A DNA stretch of 64,000 nt from Escherichia phage CMSTMSU. The first letter of the stretch is position 1. Each line of letters opens with the position of its first letter. The position numbers were made by a program, and so were the translations under genes. The notes beneath the pieces were generated by a model. It had not been told where the DNA came from. It searched no databases and worked only from the letters and a program-made list of their open reading frames with translations. Positions 44,903-56,284 of this stretch are shown here, one piece after another. The stretch lies in the sequence record MH494197.1. One strand, written 5' to 3'.

Positions 44903-46136
44903 TTAGAACATTTGCTTGATTGCTTCAATACGCAATTCAGCAACAAAATCACGAATCTCCGATGTTTGGAGTTCACCATCTTTCACTAACTGCTGAATAT
45001 CAGGTAATTCAACATCAGTATAACGATCATAAACTTTAATAATCAAATCTTCAAGTTCAGAATCAATTTCTTTGTTCAAAATGAAGTTTTCCAGTACTTT
45101 GTAAAGGAAATCTTCACCACCATTGTTTTTGATATTCATATCCAGTAAGATTTGTCCCATTTCAACTGGGGTCTTCTTACGGAAGGTTTTAATATCTTCA
45201 CGGAAACGCTTGATGTAATTATAAACTTCACGTACTTAACTGGAACCTTAATGGAACCGTTAAGTACTGAATCATTATTTACTTCTTCATTTTCAAGAAG
45301 TACTGTCCATAAGAAATATGGTTTATATTCTTCTGTACAATTTACAGAGATAGAATCAATTAATTCCAGACGTTTCTTGGTAACTGGAACTGTAGTAAAT
45401 GCCTTTTCGTAATAACCAAATTGTACCAGAGTTTTGATAAACTTGGAAGGGTTTTCTTCAGAAAGTGCTTTTCGAATTCAACAAAACACGATCTGGAACT
45501 AGATGGTCTAGTTCACCAGTACTAACCATATCTTTACACATTGTCATAGTATCATCATGGATTGTAAAGTCGGAGTAACGCGTAGCGAAACGGGCCAAAC
45601 GTAGAACACGCAATGGATCTTCTTTAAAGTGTTCTGATACATGACGAAGTACTTTGTTCTTGATATCAGCTTTCCCGCCATAAGGGTCGATGTGAATCTG
45701 GAGTACTGGATCATATGCAATACTATTGATTGTGAGATCACGACGATATAGATCTTGTTCTAGTGTCACACCTTTGTATTCACTTCGAAACCACCATATC
45801 CAGTACCAGTTTTACGCTCAGTACGGGCTAATGCGTGTTCATTACCTTCTGGACTTAGATATACAGGAAATCCTTACCTACTTGCTTGTATCCAATACTT
45901 TGCAAGTATTTAATATCGGATTCGGTAGCACCGACAATAACATAATCTTTGTCTTTTGCACGGATGCCCATTAAACGGTCACGAACGTAGCCACCAACCA
46001 AATACTTTTTCATATCATTCCCCATCAACCAATCACGTAGACGTTCCCAGAAGCCTTTTGGCTGATATTCTGGATATTCATATTCATCTGTTCCTTGCTC
46101 GGAAACACCCCAATCTTCTTCTAATACTGTAATCAC
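44903..46136 (-). CDS. cca: tRNA nucleotidyltransferase (CCA-adding enzyme), frameshifted; likely true start MKKYLVGG near 46013, preceded by an in-frame ~40-aa module
   Basis: [29 protein letters not shown] and [13 protein letters not shown] are the head-domain signatures of class II CCA enzymes (E. coli: YLVGGAVRD, RRDLTINALA). Confidence 0.7.
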
Positions 46137-46149
46137 AATGCCTCCAATT

Positions 46150-46569
46150 AAATTAATCTATCACGTAGACGGTCGTAATATTTTGCATGTATATCTAGTA
46201 TACACTGAAATGACGGATAGTCAATACTAAATGTATCATCAATGAACATGTACTGATCAAGTGTTTCAGGACCATTATCATAAACTGGCAATGAACCTTC
46301 TTTTTTAACAGTGTGTTCCACATCAAATCACATGTAGTATCGAAAATTGCGTATGCTAATTCTATCTTACTTTTTCTAAGTGTAATTAATAATTCATCAT
46401 TCTCTACTAACGCGTTTCGTATTTTTACACGTACTGTACCCTGAAATTTATTAGTGGTTAGTACTCTATATTGATTATACGAAATCATGCCTCGTATTTC
46501 AGTACTGATTTCTTGTTCAGAAAAGTACCTTAATGTACTGTGGAAATTTGGTATTTTACGAATGTCCAT
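46150..46569 (-). CDS. Hypothetical protein, tandem paralog (frameshifted C-terminus)
   Basis: C-terminal [27 protein letters not shown] parallels SGSLPIDASYEEYLQYQFIDDTFGFDF of the 46556..46966 gene. Confidence 0.35.
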
Positions 46570-46966
46570 TCAAATTCCTTTCGTATATATGGTATACGTT
46601 CATTATACTATTATATAGTTCAAAGTCAAATCCAAATGTGTCATCAATGAACTGATATTGTAGATACTCTTCATATGAAGCATCAATTGGTAATGAGCCA
46701 GAACGAATATCATCTGATTTAAAATCGTCAATATATCTTAATGTTATTTCTTCATCAACAGTGATATCTATCATCAACGTATCGTCACTGTACCAAAGGT
46801 TATGTATACGGATGTAAAGTTTCTTAGCACGATTAAAACTAGATACATTGGTATTGCGATGGAGTTTATCTAAGTTGAAGTAAAACCGGCTCGTTTTACT
46901 TATGTTTTTCATATGTTCTGCAATCGAATCAATTATATAATCAATGTTGAATGTTCTCATAAACAA
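46556..46966 (-). CDS. Hypothetical protein, tandem paralog (136 aa)
   Basis: Intact ORF. Confidence 0.4.
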   Translation of the reverse strand: MFMRTFNIDYIIDSIAEHMKNISKTSRFYFNLDKLHRNTNVSSFNRAKKLYIRIHNLWYSDDTLMIDITVDEEITLRYIDDFKSDDIRSGSLPIDASYEEYLQYQFIDDTFGFDFELYNSIMNVYHIYERNLNGHS

Positions 46967-46989
46967 ATCTCATAGCGGTTTGTGTTTGG

Positions 46990-47264
46990 ATTGTAGCAAT
47001 AGGTATCATTAATTTTAACACGGTTTAAGTGTTATTGTTGTTCCTACTTCAGTACTGGGTTCTGCATCACAATAAATCATCACACCAACGCCACAGATTA
47101 AAGCTAAGATACAAATAATAGCACATATTATATATTCCATCACTCCCCATCAGCCAATCAAAGAGACGTTCCAAGAAGCCATTAGGCTTGTATTCTGGTT
47201 CTTTGTTCACGTCGGTTTCTTGTTCATAAACACCCAAATCTTCTTCAAGTATAATTGTATTCAT
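46990..47264 (-). CDS. Small protein: conserved N-terminal module plus C-terminal transmembrane segment (frame break between them)
   Basis: MNTIILEEDLGVYEQETDVNKEPEYKPNGFLERLFDWLMG followed, in a neighbouring frame, by MEYIICAIICILALICGVGVMIYCDAEPS. Confidence 0.3.
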
Positions 47265-47647
47265 TATATATTATACTCTATTATACCATCATCACTTTCA
47301 CCAGACAACCACTTAATGTAATTTACTTTGTAGAAATTAATCAATGCATAAGTGCTGTACTCAATCAACAAGTGATCTCTCAAGAATTCGTCTTGAGCAT
47401 ATCCATCTTCATCCAAATCTGTTGGAATATCAGTTTCTTTGTCTTGAATGTGTAAAGTTATTGTGTCTTTTGTTATACAAATTTTTATATGATTACAAAT
47501 AGTAATGATGATTATGCTATATGTTCTATTGAAATATATTGTGAAATCTTCATTAATATTATATCTTCGACTTTCTTCATATTTCTGATATGGGTCGAAA
47601 TGTGATAAATTAACTTTAATTAATGTATTTCTCAACTTACACCTCAA
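47264..47647 (-). CDS. Hypothetical protein (127 aa)
   Basis: Intact ORF. Confidence 0.4.
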   Translation of the reverse strand: MRCKLRNTLIKVNLSHFDPYQKYEESRRYNINEDFTIYFNRTYSIIIITICNHIKICITKDTITLHIQDKETDIPTDLDEDGYAQDEFLRDHLLIEYSTYALINFYKVNYIKWLSGESDDGIIEYNI

Positions 47648-48039
47648 TCATATAAAGTAATTATACATTTTATTGTACAATATAAAAGGTCTTTCACATT
47701 ATCATAAGTAATATCAGATATATCATGAATTAATGATAACTGAAAAATGAAGCTTCGTCTATCTCTACTGGGATTATAACATCATAGTCTTCGTCAATTT
47801 TATGGGTGTAGTATTTTATGTGATCAGCATTCAACACAAGGTTGTATTTTGTATCATCTTCAATTAATCCGACAAATTGAGATTTTTGATTAATAAAAAT
47901 CCAATCCCAACACAACGGTTATCTGGATATGGATAGTACCATCTATTAATAACTAGGTGTTCAGGTAAGTCCATATCATGTGTTGATATTAAAGATTTTA
48001 CAATTCCCATCCGGAATAATTCATAATTAAAACTCCATA

Positions 48040-48070
48040 AGAAAAGGGACAGAATAATCTCTGTCCCTTT
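48040..48070 (-). terminator. Rho-independent terminator
   Basis: AGGGACAG-AATAATCT-CTGTCCCT with flanking A/T runs. Confidence 0.5.
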
Positions 48071-48077
48071 ATTATAT

Positions 48078-48409
48078 CTTACTCTTCGTCTTCAGTCAAG
48101 TCTTCTTGAACTGGATGTTCGGGTGGTTACGGCGATGCAATTTGATGCTTTTGTCTTTACCTAAGACAGTTTCCATTTTTCAAATGAATCACCAATTGCT
48201 TTGTATAAATCTGCATCATCGGCGGTGACAATCTTACCACCTGATGTTAAAGTTACGGAATATTGATTCTTATGCTCTTTCTTCACATGAACACCGATAT
48301 AAAGTACTGAAGAATCACTAAATTTCGTTAGTACATTTGCTTCTGCATGAATCGCGTCATTGATTGCTGGAGTAATATCAACATTACCTTGGATAACTAA
48401 ATCTAGCAT
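48078..48409 (-). CDS. Hypothetical protein
   Basis: ORF 48161..48409 plus a shifted C-terminus. Confidence 0.3.
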
Positions 48410-48423
48410 AATTTACCTACCTT

Positions 48424-49017
48424 TTAGAGTGAGCTTAACAGCAAATCCGCTCTGTTTGTAACTTGGCGATACCACAAGGAATTCATGATTTCTTTCTTGA
48501 ACTTCTTAGGGTTATCCATTTTAACACTTTTCCAAAGTTTGTCAAATGTTGCCAACTTATCAACGCCCATTGTGTATGACATTTCAAACAGGATACGCTG
48601 CTGTTCTTTTGTCAGATTAACTGCATCTTTCTTCTGCATCAATAGTGTAAAGTCCTCGTAAGTCCTTTTCATATCTTGCATTAAAAGTTTGTTGGCCTGT
48701 GCTTTGGTAATCCCGTTTCTGTACTTCATTGCATCAGAATCTTTCTTACCCAAATAATGCCCATAACCAATTGTATAATTACCTTTCATGTCCTTATAGG
48801 GATGAAATTTAGAATTGTGGAAAGGAACTCCAACTTTCCCACCAAGTAATTTACGTTTGTTCTTGGACTGAAATTCAATAGAACCTTCAGCTTCTTTGAT
48901 GTGATCGACAATTTCTGGATCTTTATAATCAAACAGTACAGTCACATCTGGTAACAATACGTTCTTCAAATCCTCTTTGTTGGGATAAAGATACCTGAGA
49001 AGTATGAAGAGTTGCAT
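48424..49017 (-). CDS. T4-type lysozyme (GH24 family), probable endolysin
   Basis: IKEAEGS...KDMKGNYTIGYGHYL and LWYRQVTNRADLL parallel T4 lysozyme ([38 protein letters not shown]). Confidence 0.8.
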   Translation of the reverse strand: MQLFILLRYLYPNKEDLKNVLLPDVTVLFDYKDPEIVDHIKEAEGSIEFQSKNKRKLLGGKVGVPFHNSKFHPYKDMKGNYTIGYGHYLGKKDSDAMKYRNGITKAQANKLLMQDMKRTYEDFTLLMQKKDAVNLTKEQQRILFEMSYTMGVDKLATFDKLWKSVKMDNPKKFKKEIMNSLWYRQVTNRADLLLSSL

Positions 49018-49032
49018 TTAAGTTGATATTCT

Positions 49033-49299
49033 TCAACAAAATGACATAATCTTCAATCTGTACATTTTAGGTTTAAATTTCTGTGCAATAGAATAATAAC
49101 TATCTCCGGTTGAACCGTATAATGTTTCTCGCTGCTTGGAACTGCCTTTGGTACTGATACCTTTAGTAGTTCCTGCTTTTGAATTTACAACTTGTGGTTT
49201 TAAATTATGCACCTGACTTTCGTCTAATGATGATGCACGATCACTTTGAGAAAAACCATAAAATCCAATCGCAGCGAATAGGGCTGATGAAACTAACAC
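49033..49299 (-). CDS. Small protein with N-terminal hydrophobic segment (signal/TM)
   Basis: VLVSSALFAAIGFYGF hydrophobic N-terminus; sits immediately upstream of the lysozyme on the same strand. Confidence 0.3.
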   Translation of the reverse strand: MLVSSALFAAIGFYGFSQSDRASSLDESQVHNLKPQVVNSKAGTTKGISTKGSSKQRETLYGSTGDSYYSIAQKFKPKMYRLKIMSFC

Positions 49300-49923
49300 G
49301 CCTATGGCAATTTTAGTTTTCAGTGCTTTTTCGCTTTTTCAAAACGCCTCCTTTGTTGGTTGTTAACAATGAGCAATCACAAAGAGGGCAAAGAGGCCAT
49401 TTGCAAAAGCCTCATTGGACTTTCTACAGTACTCATTTGTTCTTTGGAACATTTAAGTAGTATAGCATACTTTTTAGTTATATCAAGACCTATTTACCAA
49501 ATAACCACATTAATCGTAGTATGTTCTACCAATGGTGATGTGATATTTGAAATATTTAGATGCCAAACCCAGTTCATTACGAATATGTGCAATGAAATCA
49601 TCTTCAAACTCTATGATAAAGAATGACCGGTTTCTTATTGTCTTTTACTTCTTCGATGAAAGGATCGAACTTAATCTTAACTTTCATACCATCGTACTTT
49701 TCCAGTACTCTGGATTTGGTGGCACTTCACCACGAACGATACTGACATGTGCTCCCCATTGTGGGTCTTTAATATCAATATGTAAGTCAGTTCTGATGAA
49801 GTACTGGTAGTATCGAACCAACTGTAATGGAAGTTGCAGTACTAACCAGAAGTCCTTCTTCTTTTCATAGTGCCACGATCTGGATCATACACCAGAGTTC
49901 CTTCCATTTCAATCATATTTTAC

Positions 49924-50127
49924 CTATAAATTTACATATATATTTTTATTTTCAATACGAACATAAGTTTCTAAAACATCTTTCGGAATTTTATTACTTG
50001 TTTTGTACCATGTAGTATTATCTACTAAAACAAAAGTTTCACCTTCAGTTTCACCAAATGTACTTAGTGCATAAATGAAGTAGTTTGGTGATGCACTACA
50101 ATAAACATCAGCATTAATTTCAATCAT
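49924..50127 (-). CDS. Hypothetical protein (67 aa)
   Basis: Intact ORF. Confidence 0.3.
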   Translation of the reverse strand: MIEINADVYCSASPNYFIYALSTFGETEGETFVLVDNTTWYKTSNKIPKDVLETYVRIENKNIYVNL

Positions 50128-50273
50128 ATTTTACACCACAATAAAGCTTAATACAACGAGTGTAATAAACACACCCACAATGGCGGTCATTTCAGGGTTA
50201 GCATCGTATGTATAACGGATGCACTTTAGAAAATCTTTACCAAACTTTTTTAGTCCATTCATATATTTTCCTT

Positions 50274-50625
50274 TCATTTCTTGTGTAAAGGGTCGGCACT
50301 TTCATAATAGATTGTATCATTGTTTCGCTCAATAGTAAAACTCTTTTGACACAACTCTTCAGCTAAACCCTTAGCATAGTTTAATACATCTCGGTTGAGA
50401 TATACTTCTTCTTTTGGGAAGCGTGGGTACTGAATAATACGAGCACACATTCCACTTTCAAGACCACCCGTGTAGATGTATTCACACGGAATCAATTGTA
50501 CACAAAATCCAAGCTTGAATGCAAACTTTCGTGTGTACTCTCTTGCTGTTTGATATCACCAGCAATATGAATATTCCAGTACTGTGTTTCAACTGTACCT
50601 TTGTCGATGTATTTCATACTCATCT
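50274..50625 (-). CDS. Hypothetical protein, one frameshift
   Basis: ORF 50274..50495 extended upstream to MSMKYIDKGT. Confidence 0.3.
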
Positions 50626-51014
50626 CCAATTATAGCATAAAAATCCTACTTGCCCAAATCTTCTATAATTCTTTTATGATATCATTGTTTTCCAGACATA
50701 AAGTACTGAAATTTCTACCTGTTTTTCATTGAGTTCATTAATCTCAAGCATAAGATAACCATAAGTGATATCTTGAACCCTACTTCGTTTTACCCTTGAG
50801 TACAGTCTGATGGGTACAGATACGCGAGTATTCAAAAGAATTCTGATAAATCATAACGATATACGGTATTCATTCTTGTAACGTTTACGACTGTACGATT
50901 CTAAACACTGTGGAAACGTCTATCAAACATACTACTTCTTAGTTGAAGTATGATTGGATCTAACTTATGCGAGAAATACTTTTGATTATTTTATTAAATC
51001 TTGTTACATGTCGT

Positions 51015-51506
51015 TTACGCCATCTCATAATCAAACCTTAAAAATATAATAGGAAAGTATTTTGTTTCCGAATCTGAAATACTGTTACAGTAATCTTTCA
51101 ATTCATCATGGATAACATTCAAATGAATAGTAGGATAGTTCATAGGTTTCTGTACTGGGCCAGTGGCATATACGCAATCTGTTCTATCCCAACTTACATA
51201 TTGGGTTGGGTAATTATCTTTAGTACGTTCTTCAATAATAATATTATATTCTGGTGTATTGAATACATACATATCACATTGTGAAATGTACTGAACATTA
51301 AAATCACCATCAGTTAGATGGATCATGTTCCCATCGCAATATAAGCATGATGGTTCAGTGTATCCTAAAATTGAAGATAAAGTTCTGAAGTTTGCTCGGA
51401 CCCAAATATACCAAATTCGTGTGTAAACAAATATCAATGAAACGTTTGAAGACTTCAGTTTCGTTATGCATATAGATACCTTAAAAGACCCACATAGTGA
51501 GGTCAA
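51015..51506 (-). CDS. Hypothetical protein (163 aa)
   Basis: Intact ORF. Confidence 0.35.
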   Translation of the reverse strand: MTSLCGSFKVSICITKLKSSNVSLIFVYTRIWYIWVRANFRTLSSILGYTEPSCLYCDGNMIHLTDGDFNVQYISQCDMYVFNTPEYNIIIEERTKDNYPTQYVSWDRTDCVYATGPVQKPMNYPTIHLNVIHDELKDYCNSISDSETKYFPIIFLRFDYEMA

Positions 51507-51652
51507 ACACTTTTAAACGTTATCATCATCCAAAGCTTCACGGTAAACATAATAAACATGCGTACCTAGAAGAACAATGAGTACAATGAATACTAACCAG
51601 AATGGTACAAAATGCAGTACAAGTGCAAATGCCATTACGGTAATAACCATCA

Positions 51653-52308
51653 CTACTGAACTAAAAATAAGACTAGTCGCTTTTTAAATCCAGATAGTAC
51701 ATCATTCAAAACGCGTTTCATAAATGAATCAACCATTTTATTCCTCATATAATCCATATAGCAAGTTCTGCATAGACTCTTGTATGATTCATCACCACCA
51801 ATAAAGACTTTATCAGTACTTTCAACTATACGGGCATTCATAGTGGCTTCTTTGCCACACTTCTGATTCTCACACACGTTCTTAAGTTCATGTATGTCAT
51901 CAGCTATTTCGAACAGTCTTTGTGAACCTTCAAAAGATTGATTCAAAATCTGTTCGTATTCCATAACAGGAAACATCAACACCATAATTATCTGCTATAT
52001 CAGCTAAATGGTCAATTTGTTCTCTGTTTAAAATTGACATTCATCAACATAGATACTGTTAATGTCAACGTCATTTTTGAGTGTTTCTTTAACTTTAAGA
52101 AGAACACTAATGTCATTTTTGGAATTACTTCAGCCACAGCTTCGATGCCAATTCTTGAAGTAATCTTTCCTGTTCCATAACGATCATCAAGTGCACTGGT
52201 TAAGTAAATTACCTTCATTCCATTTTTCTTATGGTTATATGCTTTTTGTAAAAGATGAGTACTTTTACCACTAGACATACTACCATAGTAATATACTAAT
52301 TTACCCAT
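51653..52308 (-). CDS. tdk: Thymidine kinase, at least 3 frame breaks
   Basis: MGKLVYYYGSMSSGKSTHLLQ (P-loop) and DDRYGTGKITSRIGIEA; shifted frames give VDECQF, CYGIRTDF and the zinc-ribbon region CGKEATMNARI...VFIGGDESYKSLCRTCY. All collinear with E. coli Tdk. Confidence 0.8.
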
Positions 52309-52747
52309 TTTAATCCTTAAGTACGTGTGCTTACATTTTAATCTATTACCATAGGATGAAATTGGGATATTGAACATTTCTATTTTACCCTCTTTTAAAA
52401 GACGTAAAATATCTGGATCGTTTTGGTTTGTACACAATGAAGACCATTGACTTGAATTTCTAAACCATTCTTCAGAAATTCATAAATCTTCTGTCTACGC
52501 TTCCCACCGAAACTTTCATTTCGGATAACATCTCTTAGGTCTTTATATTCTTGTTTTAATTTCCTGTCAAAAGTGTTCCATCTTTCTTTCTGATTTCTTC
52601 AATACACTTATATTGAGTTTGTCCTCTAAGAGCCATATTTGACCTCGTTGGGATATTTCTTCATTAACTCATGTAAACGTTGAATTTCCTGATTTTTCTT
52701 ATGTTCTTCATCATACTTCTTAGAAAGATTCTTTCTTGTATTTGTTT

Positions 52748-53104
52748 CTAATAATCTAAAATTAGTACAGAATCTATCATTTTTAGCAACGTTCTTACGT
52801 AACGCATCAAAACAGTACTGAAATAGTTATCCAATGGAAAAGAAGTATCAGTGTAATTATAAAAATCCATTACATTTGTCATGTTCACATGTTCAATTAC
52901 CGCACCATTGTGCGTTACAATAAACATTATATCACCATAATTACAATTTGCATCAGTACGGTACAGATATAAATGATCACGTAAATAATCTTTTAATTTA
53001 TGTTCAATACCACTTTGTTCAGTACTTTGAAATACCAAAACTTCACCATAGATTGTATTACCTTCATAATCATTTGGTTCGCGGATAATTGTAAGGTTAT
53101 ACAT
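52748..53104 (-). CDS. Hypothetical protein (118 aa)
   Basis: Intact ORF. Confidence 0.4.
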   Translation of the reverse strand: MYNLTIIREPNDYEGNTIYGEVLVFQSTEQSGIEHKLKDYLRDHLYLYRTDANCNYGDIMFIVTHNGAVIEHVNMTNVMDFYNYTDTSFPLDNYFSTVLMRYVRTLLKMIDSVLILDY

Positions 53105-53112
53105 ATAACTCC

Positions 53113-53403
53113 TTATACCGGAGATACGGTACTCAGCATTAGTAGAGCAGTGTTTTCATCAATTTCATGTTGATTGTCGCACACTAGTGTTTCCAATAGG
53201 TCTGGATTGTAATAATAATGTTCATAATCTGTATCATTTGGAATATGGTGATAGGTGAATACAATGTCAAATACATCATCATCATTTTCACTTTTGAAAC
53301 GCTTTAATTCTTCTACACTTTCAACAAAACCATACTCTTCAAAAGCAGTAGTACCATCAGTAAGTTTCATCCATGCACTTGCGACAATTTTCATAAATTT
53401 CAA
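53113..53403 (-). CDS. Hypothetical acidic protein (96 aa)
   Basis: Intact ORF. Confidence 0.4.
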   Translation of the reverse strand: MKFMKIVASAWMKLTDGTTAFEEYGFVESVEELKRFKSENDDDVFDIVFTYHHIPNDTDYEHYYYNPDLLETLVCDNQHEIDENTALLMLSTVSPV

Positions 53404-53462
53404 ATCCTTATTCTTTTGTAATGTTTAGTTTAGAAACGAAATGGTTTTTGCTTCTTCAAATG

Positions 53463-54680
53463 TCATTGAAGTATATACTGGTTCCAATTATCGTCAAGAT
53501 CTGTAAGTACTTTAACTTCCATTACATCTTCAGGTGTGTAGAATTGCCATGTGTTATGATCTGGTTCATAATTAGGGTCTAGTGTGAAAACTGTTCCATT
53601 CTGACCATAAACTTGTCCATCCTCTAATAGCTCACGAAATAAGTCTTCCCCAGTTGTTGGGTCTTCGTATGCATTATAAAAGGAAAACAACATTCTCAAC
53701 ATCAGTTCGGTAGTACCATCGTCTTCATCATATTCAACCAAACGGTCCTGATGAAATACTAGGTCAATAGCACCAATGCGAGGTTTATTATGTGGAGTTT
53801 TGATTTCTTGCTGGGAATTGTAATCCATACGTTCAGTACTGATGAATACACCACTTGGTGTGATTTCAATACCAGATACATTTTCTGGTGAATAATAAGA
53901 GTCACACATATCATCAATATGCATGTGCTCATGATACACTTCCATTTCAGGGTTCTGCATCAACAGTGCTGCTAGGTCTTTTGCTTTCAATCTTCAATCT
54001 CCATAGAGTCATCACTTTCGTAATCATCACTAGTGTACTTAGTTTTACCTCAATACCATTCTCATGAAGGTATGTGATAAAGCCATTACCATGAACGAAT
54101 TGATTATAATATGTATTTTCTTCTACATGTGAGTCATAATCATCTTCGTAATATGTGGGCATTGTAACATCATGACCAGCACTTTGCAAGTACTGGAACA
54201 ATTCTTTCAGAACTACTTCGATATCACCTTCTTCTGTGCCATAACAATATGCAGGTTCACCGTGAGTGAATTTGAATCCTTTACAGGAAACTGTATAAAT
54301 GTCACTCATGTTCATACCACAATCATCACATTCATGTATAGAACAATGCTGGTGGAATTTAATCTTTTGATTTGCATTTAGAAAATCCTGTAAAGATGTA
54401 GTAGACATTGGACTATCAGCACCATCATACCACAGTGATGTATATGGCTGAACTGAACTAATATCAATACAGAATCCTTCACGCTCACATTTTCGAGCGA
54501 ATTCTTCAGTAGTTAGTTTGTTACCAAAAGAAATCTCAAATTCATAACTAGACATATCAATATCAGTACTGTAAATCAATGTACCATCATATGTAATATG
54601 GAGTTTAGAATCTGCGTCAAAAGACGATCTGAAATAGCTTCATAATCATCTTCAGGAACTGCTTCAATAAGACGGGCCAT
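53463..54680 (-). CDS. Hypothetical protein with Cys/His cluster; C-terminal module paralogous to 54762..55340; frameshifts
   Basis: Track ORFs 53947..54579 (HQHCSIHECDDCGMNM) and 53463..53990 (MKAKDLAALLMQNPEMEVYH...TPSGVF); the latter has no ATG in frame, consistent with a shifted continuation. Confidence 0.35.
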
Positions 54681-54761
54681 TAGTCCAGATGTTACGCGTA
54701 ATCACTCATTTTTAATCCTTTTTTTATTTTTCAAGTTTATCAATAATAGAAGGTGATACTT

Positions 54762-55340
54762 TTACATTGAATTCAGAATCAGGAAAATCTTTAGAAAATG
54801 AATCAATTTGTTCTTGTGAAAGTTCTTCTTTTGTGGAAATAACATTTTAACTAAATTTTTACCACATTCAATTGCTTCATCATACGACATAGTTTCCCAT
54901 GTTCCATGCCAAGTACTAGGTTCATATTCTGTCAGTACAGAAATGAAATCAATATCATCGGGTGTATACCAAACAGCATTTTGATTCCCTGATGGTGCTG
55001 ATTGATTTTTACCTAATAAAACAATTGGCTTTTCATAAGGAATGTTAAATATCAACCCAGATTCTAAGTTAAGAACAGTTTGAATAGATGAACCCTCCAA
55101 TTTTGGAGTAATAGTACCATCCTTAAAGAAAATTTGTACATGACCCAAGAGTGGGGTTTCATATGGTGTAAGTACATTTTCAGAAACTGATGTGGGTTTT
55201 GCCGTTGTGAAAATACCAGATGGGGTGACCATTAATTTATTATCAAAATTCTGATAATGCAATTCACTATCCACATCATAATGATAAATGTCTAGATTTG
55301 GTTGAGATAGTAGTAATTTTGCTAAATCATGAGATTTCAT
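54762..55340 (-). CDS. Hypothetical protein, paralog of the 53463 module
   Basis: MKSHDLAKLLLSQPNLDIYH...TPSGIF; ATG at 55340 with RBS GGAGAAA. Confidence 0.4.
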   Translation of the reverse strand: MKSHDLAKLLLSQPNLDIYHYDVDSELHYQNFDNKLMVTPSGIFTTAKPTSVSENVLTPYETPLLGHVQIFFKDGTITPKLEGSSIQTVLNLESGLIFNIPYEKPIVLLGKNQSAPSGNQNAVWYTPDDIDFISVLTEYEPSTWHGTWETMSYDEAIECGKNLVKMLFPQKKNFHKNKLIHFLKIFLILNSM

Positions 55341-55351
55341 TTTATTTCTCC

Positions 55352-55381
55352 AAAGAAAAGGAGAGTCACAATGACTCTCCA
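55352..55381 (-). terminator. Rho-independent terminator
   Basis: GGAGAGTCA-CAA-TGACTCTCC with a U-run on the minus transcript. Confidence 0.5.
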
Positions 55382-55574
55382 TATATTTTATTGTAAAACT
55401 TTGAGTTTGTAAAGCATTCCTTCACAAAAACTCATAATGTCTTCTAGCGTGTTAGTACTACCATAGTCTTCAGCCTCTTCTAGCATAGCATGAATGGCTT
55501 TACATTGACTAACATATTCTTCAAGAATTGGTACACAATCCTCGATAGGGTAAAACGATAACTGTTACCAGTAC

Positions 55575-55826
55575 CTACCTGCAATGCCCGCGAGTGTTCA
55601 TAATACCCTCTACAAATGCATCAACGTACTCAGGTAACTCTTTGTATAGTTCATCCAATTGTAGGTGCTTCGTGTAGAAATGGCTCTGTAAATGCCAGTT
55701 GTGAGCAGCAGCACTTAAAAATAAACTATTCTCAATAAATGTAAGTAGTACTTCATCATAAGAACTATCTTCTTCAGTATCTCCGATAAAGTCCATTACA
55801 TGTCGTAAATCATTAATATTTTCCAT
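55575..55826 (-). CDS. Hypothetical protein (possible shifted C-terminal extension)
   Basis: ORF 55575..55826. Confidence 0.35.
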   Translation of the reverse strand: MENINDLRHVMDFIGDTEEDSSYDEVLLTFIENSLFLSAAAHNWHLQSHFYTKHLQLDELYKELPEYVDAFVEGIMNTRGHCR

Positions 55827-56002
55827 AAATCTCTCCTTAGAGTTATTCTATGGTATTTAGTTAATAATAAAGGTAACTTCAGGATTCATTTCTGAAACTG
55901 CATTTCTCTTACTTCTATTCCATAGTACTCTATTGTTATATAATGAAGAATCACAAATTATAAGTAAGCAATTCCTTAATCTACTTACAGTACTTTGATT
56001 AC

Positions 56003-56284
56003 TTAAATCAGTTTCTGTAACAAAAATACATTATCAGGAACTTCTACAGGAATTGATTTATCAAAGAAGAAAACTACAATAGGTCTGTTTGTATGAACTA
56101 AATTAATAAAGTCTAAAATACTGTTATAAAATTCAGTTCCTTTGTTTAAACTTAATGGATCTTTGATTCTCTTCAAATAGGTCTGAACCAAATTATGATC
56201 GCTTTTGATTTGATACTCAAAATATTCTTTGAATAACATTTGTGTTAATTCAGATGTATTGGATATTTTCGTTGTGTTACTCAT
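56003..56284 (-). CDS. Hypothetical protein (93 aa)
   Basis: Intact ORF. Confidence 0.4.
   Translation of the reverse strand: MSNTTKISNTSELTQMLFKEYFEYQIKSDHNLVQTYLKRIKDPLSLNKGTEFYNSILDFINLVHTNRPIVVFFFDKSIPVEVPDNVFLLQKLI

Noticed and set aside
44903-51010. tRNA genes near the CCA-enzyme gene and in the 370-bp ORF-free stretch at 50640-51010
   Set aside because: I could not find T-loop (GGTTCGAATCC-like) or D-loop signatures or a cloverleaf by eye. This needs tRNAscan-SE, so I am not reporting any tRNA.
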